Positions 37,671 through 49,825 of a stretch of DNA of 64,000 bases are shown piece after piece. The translations under genes and the position numbers were made by a program. Origin of the DNA: Felis catus (Eukaryota); contig NC_058368.1 in the NCBI RefSeq assembly GCF_018350175.1, forward strand, positions 34,536,001 through 34,600,000, written 5' to 3'. The notes under the pieces are model-generated. The model was not told the DNA's origin, searched no databases, and saw only the letters and a list, made by a program, of their open reading frames with translations. Position 1 is the stretch's first letter; each line of letters begins with the position of its first letter.

Positions 37671-38434
37671 ATCTTTTCTTTTTTTTTTCAATATATGAAA
37701 TTTATTGTCAAATTGGTTTCCATACAACACCCAGTGCTCATCCCAAAAGGTGCCCTCCTCAATACCCATCACCCACCCTCCCCTCCCTCCCACCCCCATC
37801 AACCCTCAGTTGTTCTCAGTTTTTAAGAGTCTCTTATGCTTTGGCTCTCTCCCACTCTAACCTCTTTTTTTTTTTTCCCCTTCCCCTCCTCCATGGGTTT
37901 CTGTTAAGTTTCTCAGGATCCACATAAGAGTGAAAACATATGGTATCTGTCTTTCTCTGTATGGCTTATTTCACTTAGCATCACACTCTCCAGTTCCATC
38001 CACGTTGCTACAAAGGGCCATATTTTGTTCTTTCTCATTGCCATGTAGTACTCCATTGTGTATATAAACCACAATTTCTTTATCCATTCATCAGTTGATG
38101 GACATTTAGGCTCTTTCCATAATTTGGCTATTGTTGAGAGTGCTGCTATAAACATTGGGGTACAAGTGCCCCTATGCATCAGCACTCCTGTATCCCTTGG
38201 GTAAAGTCCTAGCAGTGCTATTGCTGGGTCATAAGGTAGGTCTATTTTTAATTTTCTGAGGAACCTCCACACTGCTTTCCAGAGTGGCTGCACCAATTTG
38301 CATTCCCACCAACAGTGCAAGAGGGTTCCCGTTTCTCCACATCCTCGCCAGCATCTATAGTCTCCTGATTTGTTCATTTTGGCCACTCTGACTGGCGTGA
38401 GGTGATATCTGAGTGTGGTTTTTATTTGTATTTC
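37671..38434 (-). mobile_element. Young 5'-truncated L1 (cat-type)
   Basis: Perfect 16-bp TSD TAAAGGGACCTTTTTT at 37655-37670 and 38435-38450; poly(T) tail; 3'UTR nearly identical to the L1 at 15990-16290. Confidence 0.97.
37913..38386 (-). pseudogene. L1 ORF2p C-terminal fragment (Cys-rich domain), open but 5'-truncated
   Basis: 157-aa ORF with [26 protein letters not shown] (CCHC motif), [10 protein letters not shown] and CTPMFIAAL. Confidence 0.95.
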
Positions 38435-39106
38435 TAAAGGGACCTTTTTTAAGCACTATATTTTTGAGTGTATGTGTACGTGTGTGAATAAATATTTATC
38501 TTACATTCAACCATTCCTTCTCTTATACGTCTGTGGTGTTAGTTGTTAAATTTCACTGAAATAGCATAATACTTTTTATTAAATAACATGCATAGCATAC
38601 TTCATTTTTCATAAAATATTATCAATCTCTCCTGCTATACACATGTGTTTATAAGAAATATCATAAATTATGGTTGGCAGATATTGATAAAGCATATTTC
38701 TGGGAGATTGGATATTCTATGATATTTTTACTAGTCTTTCTATTTCCCTGTATTTGTCCTGTATTTTCCTGTCTTCTTATAATGATCATATATAATTTAA
38801 AGCAAAATGCTTTTATTTTAGCCTTCAAAAATATCAGCATATTTCTTCCATTTCTGTATTCTATCATACTGTTTTATATTAAAATAGTGTTTAGCCATTT
38901 TCCAAAATGTTCTAATTATCAGTTGCCCAAAAATGATTTATATTCAGATTACAAATTATTCATATTCACACACTCACAAAAGCTTTTAAAAGTATACCTC
39001 CCCAAAGTCTGTTCTGGAAAAAAAAATAGCAGGTTACTCTTCATTTTAACTCAAAGTTTTCTACAGATGTTGGGGCCCAAACTAAATTTAAAATAGTTCA
39101 CTACTT

Positions 39107-39300
39107 GGAGCACCTGGGTGGCTCAGTTGGTTAAGCCTATGAGTCTTGATTTTGGCTCAGGTCGTGATCTCATGATTTGTGAGTTCAAGCCCCACGTAGA
39201 GCCTGCTTGGGATTCTCCCTCTCTCTCCCATGCTCTCTGCCCCTCTCACATGCTCTCTCTCTCTTAAAATAAATAAATAAACAAACTTAAAAAAAAAAAA
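39107..39300 (+). mobile_element. Can-SINE with internal deletion
   Basis: GCACCTGGGTGGCTCAGTTGGTTAAG head; CCCCACGT joins directly to AGAGCCTGC; A tail. Confidence 0.92.
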
Positions 39301-39881
39301 CAGGTTGCTATGGTATGTGTATGAGTGCCTAAAATCTCTTCCTAAACATATTCTCCCACCCACCACCACCGTGACCCCACCACCTACTCACCACTGCCAA
39401 GTAAAAGCTTTCATCCACCCGTCTGTTTCTATATCCTTCAGATGACCAGAGTTGCACAATTCAAGCATGAAACCATAGTCAGCATGGGCTCCACGCATTC
39501 TACACCTAGATTGAGCATAAGTTAAAAATATGGGGGTCCACAAGTCTGAGTCACTGTCGTGACTGAAGGTCTTTGGGGTACTTTAAACCAAGAAAGGTTA
39601 ATAGTGTTCCCATACATACAATCATGTATAGGCAAACTCTGGTTGAATTGTTAGGGTGGGGGTCAGCTCTCTTCCTCCCTCCCTTGTTCCCTTTCAGGTA
39701 GAGGTATGTCCATTAGTGAAACACTCTTGGTTCCTCTTCATCCCTCCACTAACTTCTCTATTCCAGTCAGTCTATCATTACTGGTGTGTCTAACAAGCCT
39801 GTCTAACTCTGAGGATGAATGAATATGTGGAAGACCATTCAATTCCTACATATTAGCACTTTCTATAATAATTAGTTCCTT

Positions 39882-40092
39882 TTTTATTTTATTTTTTTTA
39901 CATTTATTTATTTTTGAGAGAGAGAAAGAGCACCAGTGGGGGAGGGGAAGAGAGAGAGGGAGACACAGAATCTGAAGCAGGCTCCTGGCTCTGAGCTGTC
40001 AGCACAGAACCCGACGTGGGGTTGGAATGCATGAACTGTGAGATCATGACCTGAGCCAAAGTCAGACACTAACTGAGCCACCCAGGTGCCCC
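39882..40092 (-). mobile_element. Can-SINE (SINEC_Fc-like)
   Basis: TSD TATAATAAT(T/C)AGTT(C/G)CTT at 39864-39881 and 40094-40111. Confidence 0.93.
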
Positions 40093-42819
40093 ATATAATA
40101 ATCAGTTGCTTAATACTTTGACTTTCATTCGTCTGATCCTGTATAATATTTCTCAACTGATGTATAGCCTTGGAAGAGATATAACACTGAACTTATGATT
40201 GGACCCCACCAAAGTATATTGTAAATAGTAGGAAAACATCATGAAATGGTATAATCTCCAACCCTTAGGCTGTAGGATTCTGTAAAACACTGTCTCAAAA
40301 CACTAATGCACCTTCTAAACCTTACTCAGTGTAGTATTCTGCATGCTATAAATACTGATTCTGTTACCTATTTGGTTGGTAAATATCATAATAAGAGTAC
40401 ATAGCATACTGTTATCCTTATTACTATTATCATATTATAATGGACTATAGGGAAAAGGCTTTCATTTTTTGAAATTACTTCTTAAAGATATACTTTTTTT
40501 TCCCTTCAATTCAATGATCCATTTTTTTAGGTTAATGTCTCTGGTATCAAGATACCATATAGCATACCATAGTTTGTCCGTATTACTCTTGGTTTCTTAG
40601 TAGTATTAAAATAATTACATGTCCTTACACTTAATAGCATATTAGATTTGCTTAAATGTGGTATATGGACTGTCTTCATCTGGATTGAACTTGAAGTTTG
40701 AAAAGTGACTTTTAAAATCTTTTTTTTAATACTTACACTGCTGTTGAAATAAGCCATTGCAAACGTGAATTGTTAAAATAAAATCAAAAGAAAATGCCAG
40801 AAATATTTTGCCTCTCTCTTCGAGATGTTAGTTTGAATCAAGTATCTGGAAGTCAATGACTTCTCTGAAAGTGGATATGGATGTCCTGAAGCTTAGGGGA
40901 AACCTGGGAAGTCAGAGTTTAGGGATGCCTAGAAATATCATGTGGTACAAAATTATTCCGTTTGCTTGGCAATTCATGGTTCCTGGCCTGCCACCTGATA
41001 AATTGATAATACATGGGTGTGTGTAGTCTGAGAAAAATGCTCCTGTCCCCATACAGAACATTCATGCTTCACTCCTGGCTGAACTACAGAAAAGGCCACC
41101 AGATAACTAAAAAGACTGTATCCTTCGTGAGAGGGTTAACAATAGCCACAGAAGAATAAAGGTCTCACTACTTGTCCAAGAAGTTTAAAAATGGGAGGTA
41201 TGATCGTCCATATCCTCACCTTTGACAGACAGTATCATTGGAGATGTCCCACCTCTGTTGGGACTTGAAACAACAAAAGGAGAAAACTACTCTGTTTCCA
41301 ACTTTGTACAATTGTCTTTATATAGTTTTGATCTTGTGTATTTTATGAAGATTGAAGATATTTATCTTTTTTGCCTTGGTCTGTTTAGCTATTTCCATCA
41401 ATCACAATAACAACTTGTAGGAAAAATTAAACTTTGCTCTTCCCTATGGTAAAAAATAGGGCAGTTACTTCCTTAGGAATAATTGTTTAGGAAGCATTTA
41501 AGGAAGATTATAGATCCTTGGAAAATACAGTGGCTTCATCTTCCTTCTCCTCTGTATTAAATTAACAGTACAGTGGAGAATAACAGTGGGGAAAAACTAA
41601 CTTCAGCAAACTTGTAGTGATTTTATACTACTTGCAGAAACTGAGATGTAGTTCTCTTCAGAAGCACTAAGAGATGAGATCAACCAATAAATCATTTACG
41701 GTCATTAATACTGTAGTTCTTTAGAAAGCCAAAGTCACACTTTCACACACCCACAACAATTACATTAACTGTAGCAATACAAAGTCTGATATATCAGTTA
41801 TGAAGATGTGAATTTGTTTCCTGGTTCAAAATGCATATCTGAAAAAAACTTTTTATAAAAACACAGTTTTTGTTCCTATTTTTAAAAATTAGGTGGACAT
41901 ACACATGTTTTTTAAGTTAAAGTAACTAAAGTGGTTTAACCTAAGGAAAAAAATAAATAACTTGAAGATTGTAAAATGTTGGAAGTAGATGGCCACTTAC
42001 TTATTTCCGAGCATTAAATTACTTTTAAAATGTCAATATAGCTATAATATCTTCAAGTACTTTCAAAATTTGTGTAAGAAAAATGTGCTATTCATGCTGG
42101 GTTATTCAGCATAAACTTCTATGTGGCTTTTCATATGTAGATAAATTTACTCTTCCAATAGAAACTAAGGAAATAAAAAAGGCCAATCAATTTCCTTTAT
42201 GGGTGAAAACTGGCCCTGCTGCTTGGTGATATTCACCTTTTAAAGAGTTAGATAACAATTCTTCTTGGCAATGACTATCACACAGCGTATTATTTACCCC
42301 TTCTGAAAGCCATCACCATAGAAGATGATTAGGTTTTGTGTAAGAAATTCATTTGACCATAAAAATGTTAGTTGAAAAATAAATAAATAAAGGCAAAATC
42401 CCTTCCTGTGAAATACAACATTAAATTTGCTCTCTACTGCTTTCTCTCTTCTACCCTTTACTCTCTGAGGTAAAATTTTATTTAAATACATCACAATAAA
42501 TACCAGTAAGTATGTATCACAGATTCAGATACCTCTTACCTTCAAATCTCATGTTGTTCCTTGTTATCACCAATGCATTTTTTTAAGAAAAGAGCATAAA
42601 TGACATTTGGTGATATCCTATCTTTAAAACTTCCTGGCAAAGAATTGTAGTTTCCACACTCTCAATATTTTGGGGAATTTCTCATCTTCTGCACTCTAAT
42701 CCATCCTTTGGAAACATGTAAAATATGTACAAAGTACTGTAAATATATAAGCCCTATGAAGGTACCCATGTGAAATTTTGCCCTTTCTCACTCATGATTT
42801 TGAAATAAATAGTAGTATT

Positions 42820-42840
42820 TGGTGTAGGAAACAAAGGCAA

Positions 42841-42891
<51 letters not shown>

Positions 42892-43447
42892 ATTTCCTTG
42901 CTACTTTCAGCCCATTGACAAGTCCTTGAGACAGGCAGAGCGACCTTCCTCTGGGAGCTCAGCTGCCTGGATGACAACACTTTGCTAAGGGCAAGAGGCA
43001 ATCTTAGCTAAACATTATCCAGACCTTCAAGATCCTGTTTAAGTCTACTTTAACATACAAAAATTCTTTGGAAACTTCCTTTATCTCTACCTTTCAAGAT
43101 ATATGCTGGCAATCATACCCCCAGCATATGGCCCCACTGATACACACCTGAAGGGTCTCATGACTGAGTTTTTACTAAACAACAATAAATTACCTTTTCC
43201 TAACAATGGCTAGCCCCCTCAGCATCCTGGAAACCTTGCTTCTAAAATACCGTAGAGACTTATTCCATGCCTAACCCTCCCCATCGTGAAGGTATATAAT
43301 CAGTCATCTGTCACAACCCCAGTGCAGCTTTTTCTGCCCACGGGTCCTGTCCTTGTGCTTTAATAAAACCACCTTTTAGCACTGAAGACATTTCAAGAAT
43401 TCTTTCTTGGCCCTTGGCTCTGAAACTCAACACTTCAAACCACATCA
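42820..43447 (+). mobile_element. Solo LTR, probably a carnivore ERV1-class element
   Basis: Termini TGGTG...CATCA, 5-bp TSD GTATT at 42815-42819 and 43448-43452, TATATAA at 43293-43299, AATAAA at 43362-43367; (TAAA)n at 42839-42893. Confidence 0.8.
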
Positions 43448-43796
43448 GTATTCAAGTATCTTTTCCTTCATAGTTACATAGAGTAAACTATTATTAATAT
43501 TCAACCCCTCCAAATATAATTATCAATCCTAAAATTTAACATGTTGGAGTGCACTAACGTCAATTCTGGAACTTCTGATATTCATGTTTTATATTATTAT
43601 TTTAGATGATCTCATGTAAGGAAAGCTGTTTTTAAGAATGGAACACGAAATGAGATTTTAGTTTAAGTGATAGTCACCATCCACAGACTCATGGATTTTT
43701 AATTTTTATTTTTTCTGATTAGACTATATTTAGGCAACAAAGTTCATGGCATGTACCAATTTATAATTTTGTCAGGTGTAGATTTGAATTGCCTGT

Positions 43797-43886
43797 TGTG
43801 GGGCTTGAACTCACCAACCATGAGACCATGACCTGAGCTGAAATCAAGAGTTGGACACTTAACCAACTGAGCCACTCAGGTGCCCC
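43797..43886 (-). mobile_element. Tailless Can-SINE fragment (tRNA-like head only)
   Basis: GGGGCTTGAACTCACC ... CTGAGCCACTCAGGTGCCCC with no CT region or A tail. Confidence 0.85.
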
Positions 43887-45159
43887 AGGATTGCTTTGAT
43901 TCTATGGAGATCAATTTGGGAGACCTGACATGATAACAATATTAAGTATTTTAATGCAAAATATGGTTGTTCTATTTATTTACATTTTTAAAAAGTTCCC
44001 TCAACAGTATTAGTTTTTCACTCTACAGAACTTATACATATCTCATTAATCGATTTCAAATATTTTATATATTTAATGCATTTAACATTTGTATTTTTCA
44101 AATTTTGTTGGAGGAATGAAGGAATATAATATGAATATAATGAATAGATTTTTATATAAAACTTGTATAATGTGATATTCAAAAAAATTAATTCTGCGTC
44201 TTTCTTCTGATTTTTAAAGATTTTCTAATTATACAATATTGGTATCATAAAGAAAAGAAAATGTTAATTTTTACTTTCAAGTAATTATTGTTGCTATTGT
44301 TCTTTTTCTTATCTTATTAAACTGACCAGGAAAAATGTTGACAGAAGTAGTGAAAATAGACACTCTTGCCATGTTCTCAATTTTAAGGAGAAAACATTCA
44401 GTATTTCACCATTAGATATTTGTTACTGAAGATGTATTCATAAATGCTCTTCATCAGATTGAAGTAAATCCTGTCATTTCCTAATTTGCCAAGACTTTTG
44501 TGAATAGCTTTTGAAGTTTGTCAAATGATTTTTCTACATCTACTGAGATTTTTTTTTTTCATTTTTCTTGTTTGTGTGGTGAATTACATTGATCTTCAAA
44601 TCCTTGAATACCTGGGATAAACTCTACTAGATGCTGATATACTATCATTTTTAGAAAACACTCAGATGGATTTGATTTGCTAACATTTTATTAAGGACTT
44701 TTCCATCTATATTCATGACGGATATTTTTCTATAATTTCCACAGATATCAGGCAGGCCAAATTGACTGACAGTACTTTTTTAGTGTCTTATGTCATACTC
44801 ATTTTCTGACCATTTTTAAAATCAGTTCCTCAGACAGAAGTTTGAAATCACTAATTATAGTTGTGGATGTGTCCATGTCTCACCTTAATCCTTAATTTTT
44901 GCATGAAGTATTTTAAAGCTGTGTTATTAGTTACCTACACATAGAGGACTGTGTGTCTTTAAAGGAAATGACTCTTTTATAATTATGGAATGTCTCTCAT
45001 AACTTTTTCCTGTTAGAAAAAATAGACAGAAAATTTTTTTCTATTAGAAAAAATGCTTTTTTCTAATAGAGAAAAAGTATAAAATACCAATAATAGGTGT
45101 AGTTTTCTACACCATCTACACACTTTGTCTATTTCTCAGTGTTTAAGGTTAATATTTTT

Positions 45160-45296
45160 TCTTCAGGCTTGAAATATAACTGATATAACATTATATTAGT
45201 TTCAGGTGTACAGCAGATTGATTTGATATTTGTATATATTGCAAAATGATGACCACAATAAGGCCAATTAACATCTGTTACCATACATAGTTACAA
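45160..45296 (-). mobile_element. Short L1 3' end inserted in the older L1
   Basis: ATAACATTATATTAGTTTCAGGTGTACAG ... CCATACATAGTTACAAA, flanked by AAGGTTAAT repeats. Confidence 0.8.
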
Positions 45297-45310
45297 AAGG
45301 TTAATTTCTT

Positions 45311-45498
45311 TATTTTTTAAAGTTTATTTAGTTTGAGAGAGACAGAGACAGAGACAGAGAGACAGAGAAAGAGAGGGCAAGGGACAGAGAGAGAGGAAGA
45401 GAGAGAATCCCTACCAGGCTCCACGCTGTCAGCCTGACTCAGAGCTCAATCTCATGAACGGTGAGATCATGACTTGAGTCAAAATCAACAGTCGGATG
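45311..45498 (-). mobile_element. 5'-truncated Can-SINE
   Basis: T-rich tail, (GAGACA)n and GAGATCATGACTTGAG; head missing. Confidence 0.88.
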
Positions 45499-46748
45499 AG
45501 AAACAGTTAATTTCCTTAAAAGAGCATATAATTGTCTTATTAAAAAAAAATCTAGTCTGACAACTTTGGTCCTTAGTTGATGTGTCTCTTCTATTTAAGT
45601 GGAAAGGTAAATAGAAAGGTCATTTTTCCATCAACTATCTGTTTTTGTTTTCTCCATTTGATTCAACTCATCTTTGTTTCTTTTTTTTCTTCTTTCCTGA
45701 ATTTAACTGGATTATTTTAATATTCCATTTTATTTCATCTATTTGTTTAGTCAATACTCGTTTCTGTTTAGTGGTTTCTCTAAGGTTTCTAATTAATGCA
45801 TTTTTATTTATCAGTCTATCTTCAAAATGTATTATATATATTTGTATAAGATCGTCAAAACAATGTACTCCCAACTTCCCCATCCATTCTTTGTGCTATT
45901 ATTTTAAATATACTTATGCAGTAGACATCTCAGTGCTTTGCTATTGTTTTTACATTAAAAACTCAGTTATTCTTAAAAAAAGATACCCACATATATGCCA
46001 TCTTCACACTTTTTTTACTTGTATAGATCAGAGTTTCCTTTTGGTATAGATTTGTTTGTTTTTGGCTTGAAGAACTTCCTTTTATATTTTTTGTGAAAAA
46101 TTTTTTGTGAATTTTCTTCAACCTCTATCTGTATGAAGATCTCTAATTTGCTTTCATTTTTTGTTTTTATGTAAATTATGTTTTTCTTAATATAGATATT
46201 TTCTTGATATAAAATTCTCAGTTGTTTTTCTTTCAGCATTTTAAAGTGTCATTTCATTGTCTTCTGACATACATTATTGGTGATGATAAAACAGTGATAA
46301 TTTTTTTCTTTGTTCCCCTGTAGACAATGTATCCTTTTCTGGATGCCTTTACTATTTTCTCATCACTTTTGGTTGGAAGAGATTGCTTTGTCATATGCTT
46401 TCAAGTGGTTTCCTTTGTATTTATTTATTCTCCTTGGGTATTGTTCAGACTCTTTGATCTAGGCAGCACTACCTTTCATCAAATCTGGAATATTTTCTTA
46501 TTATATTGAAGATTTTTTTGCACACAACCTCTATTCCCTTTTGGGATCCAATTTCTTGATAAAATTTACAGACCACTAAGTCTTTGTTCATTTATTTTCA
46601 GTTTTTTTTTCTCTCTATGCTTCACTTTGAAGGGTTTCTATTACTATGGTTTCAAGTCTACTAATCTTTTCTCTGCAGTGTTTATTTTGTTCACAAGACC
46701 ATTAATATAAAATAATTTACTTTTAAAAATCTCTAGATATTCAAGTTC

Positions 46749-46982
46749 TTTTCTGTTTTTTGTTTTGTTTTGTTTTGTTTTGTTTTGTTTTGTTTTGTTT
46801 TGAGAGAGAGAAAAGGTGTGAGTGGGAAAGTGGCAGAGGGAGAGGGAGAAAGAGAATTTTAAGCAGGCTCCATGCCCAACATGGAGCCCTAGGAGGGTAT
46901 CGATTTCACGACTGTGAGATCATGACCTGAACTGAAATCAAGAGTCAGACTCTTAATCTACTGAGCCACCCAGGTATTCCCC
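46749..46982 (-). mobile_element. Can-SINE with (GTTTT)n tail
   Basis: CTGAGCCACCCAGG head, AAGCAGGCTCCATGC and a pentanucleotide tail. Confidence 0.92.
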
Positions 46983-48079
46983 CCTTTTTGTTTTAGTTAC
47001 TTTTTTATATTTCAATTTTCCAATTCATTATGTCTATGTTTTCTTTATATTCTTAAATATATTTATTGTAGCTCTACCAACATGCTTGCCTGATAATTCC
47101 AACATTTCTAACACTTTTAGGTATGTTTTTATTAACAGATTTTTCTCTTGGTTGGAAGTCTTATTTTCTTATTTCTTTACATGTCTATTAATTATTGTTT
47201 GGGTGGTGGACATTGTTTTCATGGTTTTAATTCTCTGTTTTCTGTTGTATTCCTTGAAAAATATTGAGCTTTTCTCTGGGTAGCAATTAGTTATCTGAGA
47301 ATTAGCTTGATTATTTTGAGGCTGTTCTTTAAATCTTTGTTAGGGTGGCTCTAGAGTAGCCTCTTATTTAATTATAGTTTATCCTGCATATGAGATATGG
47401 TCTTTCTAGTGTCCTTACTGAATTATTTTTCCTCTCGGGCTGGTCAGAACTCCTGTCTTCCTGTCTGGGGGGAGCTCCAGAAATTATATGGTTTATAGAT
47501 ACTCTGTTGTTCCATTACCTTAAAGTTGTTCTTCAGCTGACCTAAGAAGTCTCTGTCTATATAAATCAAATTTACCAGTGAGTCAAAGACTCAAGGGAGC
47601 CTTTATGTGCTTTTCTGCAGCTCTTTCTCTGCATAGCTCCATTATCTAAGTACTTAGCCCCCCAAATTGTAAACATCTCACCTTCTCCAAATCTAAACTT
47701 GAACCTCAGAAAATTATTTGAATCTACTTGGGTTTCTCTTCTCTGAACTGTGCTCTGGAAAGTTCATCTAAAAAGAAAGCAAAAGCTTTCATGTCATTTA
47801 TCTCTCTCTCTCAGAGATTACATTTTAATATCATCTTTTTCCAAGGAAAGAAATAGAAGTTTCTTACATTTTATGCAGTTTTGTAGTTGTTTATGCCTAG
47901 AAGGCTAATCTGAGATAGTTAAACCATATGGTAAAAGAGAAATACATCAGGTATATTGTATTACCATATGGATGTGTTATTAAATCATGTACTTTATCTT
48001 GTTTATCACTGTGTTAGCTACCTTAAAGATGAAAGCAAATGTCAATCACCTTTGGAGTCTATTATCAGTTAGCTGCACC

Positions 48080-49825
48080 TGTTCCTATGTAATGCAAAGA
48101 GCTTAGAACACTATCATTGTTTTATGTTTATCCACATTTGGTGTGATTATTATCACATATTTTGATTTTGCAGATAATAGAAACCCCACTATAATTACTA
48201 TTTTTTATATATTTTTTTATTCTCTCTGGGTTTCATTTTAAGAGTTTCTATAATTTTTTAACAATAGGTTTCTATATTTAAGCAGATATTAATTCTTTCA
48301 TGTGCTCTTCATTGTTTTCCCTGCTTCATTATGCCTCCATCTTATATTATTTTCCTTATGCATAAAGCAATCTCTATGATCTTGTTTGTGAAAGTCACAT
48401 AATATGGAGTTAGCTTAGTTTTTGCTTTCCTGGCATTGTTTATCACCTATACATTTTAGAGATATACTTTTTCTGGGTATTGGGTTTTCTGTTTTCTTTC
48501 TTTTTTTTCTCTTTCTTTCTTTTTTTTACATTGGCATTCTAAATATGTCATTTAGTTTTCTTCTGTTTAATACTATCTCTGTGGAGATCAGTTGCCAATT
48601 TTATTGTTGCTCCTTTAAAGGTACTGTGTTTTCTTTTTTCTTCTGGCTACTTTCAAGATTTTCTATCTTTGGTTTACTTTGTATGCAAATGTTTTGACGT
48701 TTCTCAAGCACCTAGACGTATGGATTGACTGGATTGATATCTTTCCATTAATTTTGGAAAATTATTGTCTGATATCTCCTGAAAATTCCCCCCACCCTTT
48801 CTTCTCTAGTGACCATTCCCATTAGATAAATTATAAGATACTCTTGTCATGTCCTCTTTATACCTCGGTGCGTATGCTGCACATCCTCTACTACTTTATC
48901 TTTCCATTCAATAATACTTCCCTCTAATACATTTTATTCTCACATAATTTAAAATCAATTTAGTTCTTAATTTTAGTTATAATATCTTTTCAATTTTAGA
49001 ATTTGCATTTAATAATTTTTCATAAATTTCAAATCTTTAGAAAAATTCTTTGGCAAAATTCTCTCTTTCACTTATTCTCCTGAACTTATTATACATTGAA
49101 CATTATACACTATATATATTTCAAAATCTATCCTTGATAACTCCAATATCATGATCATCTCTGTTTCAGTTTTCATTGTCACTTTTTCTCTGAATTGTCA
49201 ATTATTTTTTCCTGTCTCCTGCATGCCTGTTAATGTTTGTTTGAAATTCAGATACTAGTTATTAAAAATCTGTGTTTTTTTTGAAGCACTCAGTGATTTT
49301 TTTTGCTTCATAGAGATTTTGATTTCTGAGAGACAGTTAGAGAAAATCAAGCAATGAGATTACAGCTAAGTTTGAGTTTGTGTGGATATTCTTCTATTTC
49401 TAGGTCCACTTCTAGGACGTAGCATTTCAGAGATTACAATGGAAAAACTGAGACAGTTACCAGGATCTTTTTCCTGGTAAACCCTGAATTTCAGAGTCCA
49501 CTTCTGAGGGACTCTGGAGAGCTGGGCTCATCTCTTTAGTCTCTTAGCTATTGTTCTCTGCTTACTGTCTTATCCTCTCATACGATTTAGCATAGTAATC
49601 AACAAATACCTTTCAGAGAAAAGCAATGAATAATGCACAATGGACTTCAACATGCTTCCTTTCTCTCTGGGATCTTTAATTCCTTGGCTCCTTAATTCCT
49701 GGCAATTTTGGCTGCTTTCCAATGCTGTCTGAAGAATAACTTTATGAAAGATCTGGCATTTACAGTTGTTTTTCTTAGGGTGATTATTCTGATAAAATGC
49801 TATCTCATATCCGGAAGCGGAAGTG
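48080..49825 (-). mobile_element. Ancient HAL1/L1ME-like element including its 5' end
   Basis: T-rich antisense ORF1-like sequence; ends at CCGGAAGCGGAAGTG, the reverse complement of the ACTTCCGCTTCCGG start recalled for HAL1/L1ME 5' ends. Confidence 0.6.

Larger units (their letters stand above)
43887..47940 (-). mobile_element. Old L1 (L1M-type) with degenerate ORF2, ORF1 and 5'UTR pieces and nested insertions
   Basis: Antisense RT motifs (TTTGTCAAATGATTTTTCTACATCTACTGAG, CATCTATATTCATGACGGATATT), EN-like region (CTAATTATAGTTGTGGAT) and ORF1-like region (TTTTCTTTCAGCATTTTAAA). Confidence 0.75.

Noticed and set aside
39420..41420. Possible old LTR fragments (39420-39850 and 40850-41420; also 57540-58150 and 58570-58900)
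   Set aside because: Composition is LTR-like but I could not identify termini, TSDs or a family with confidence.
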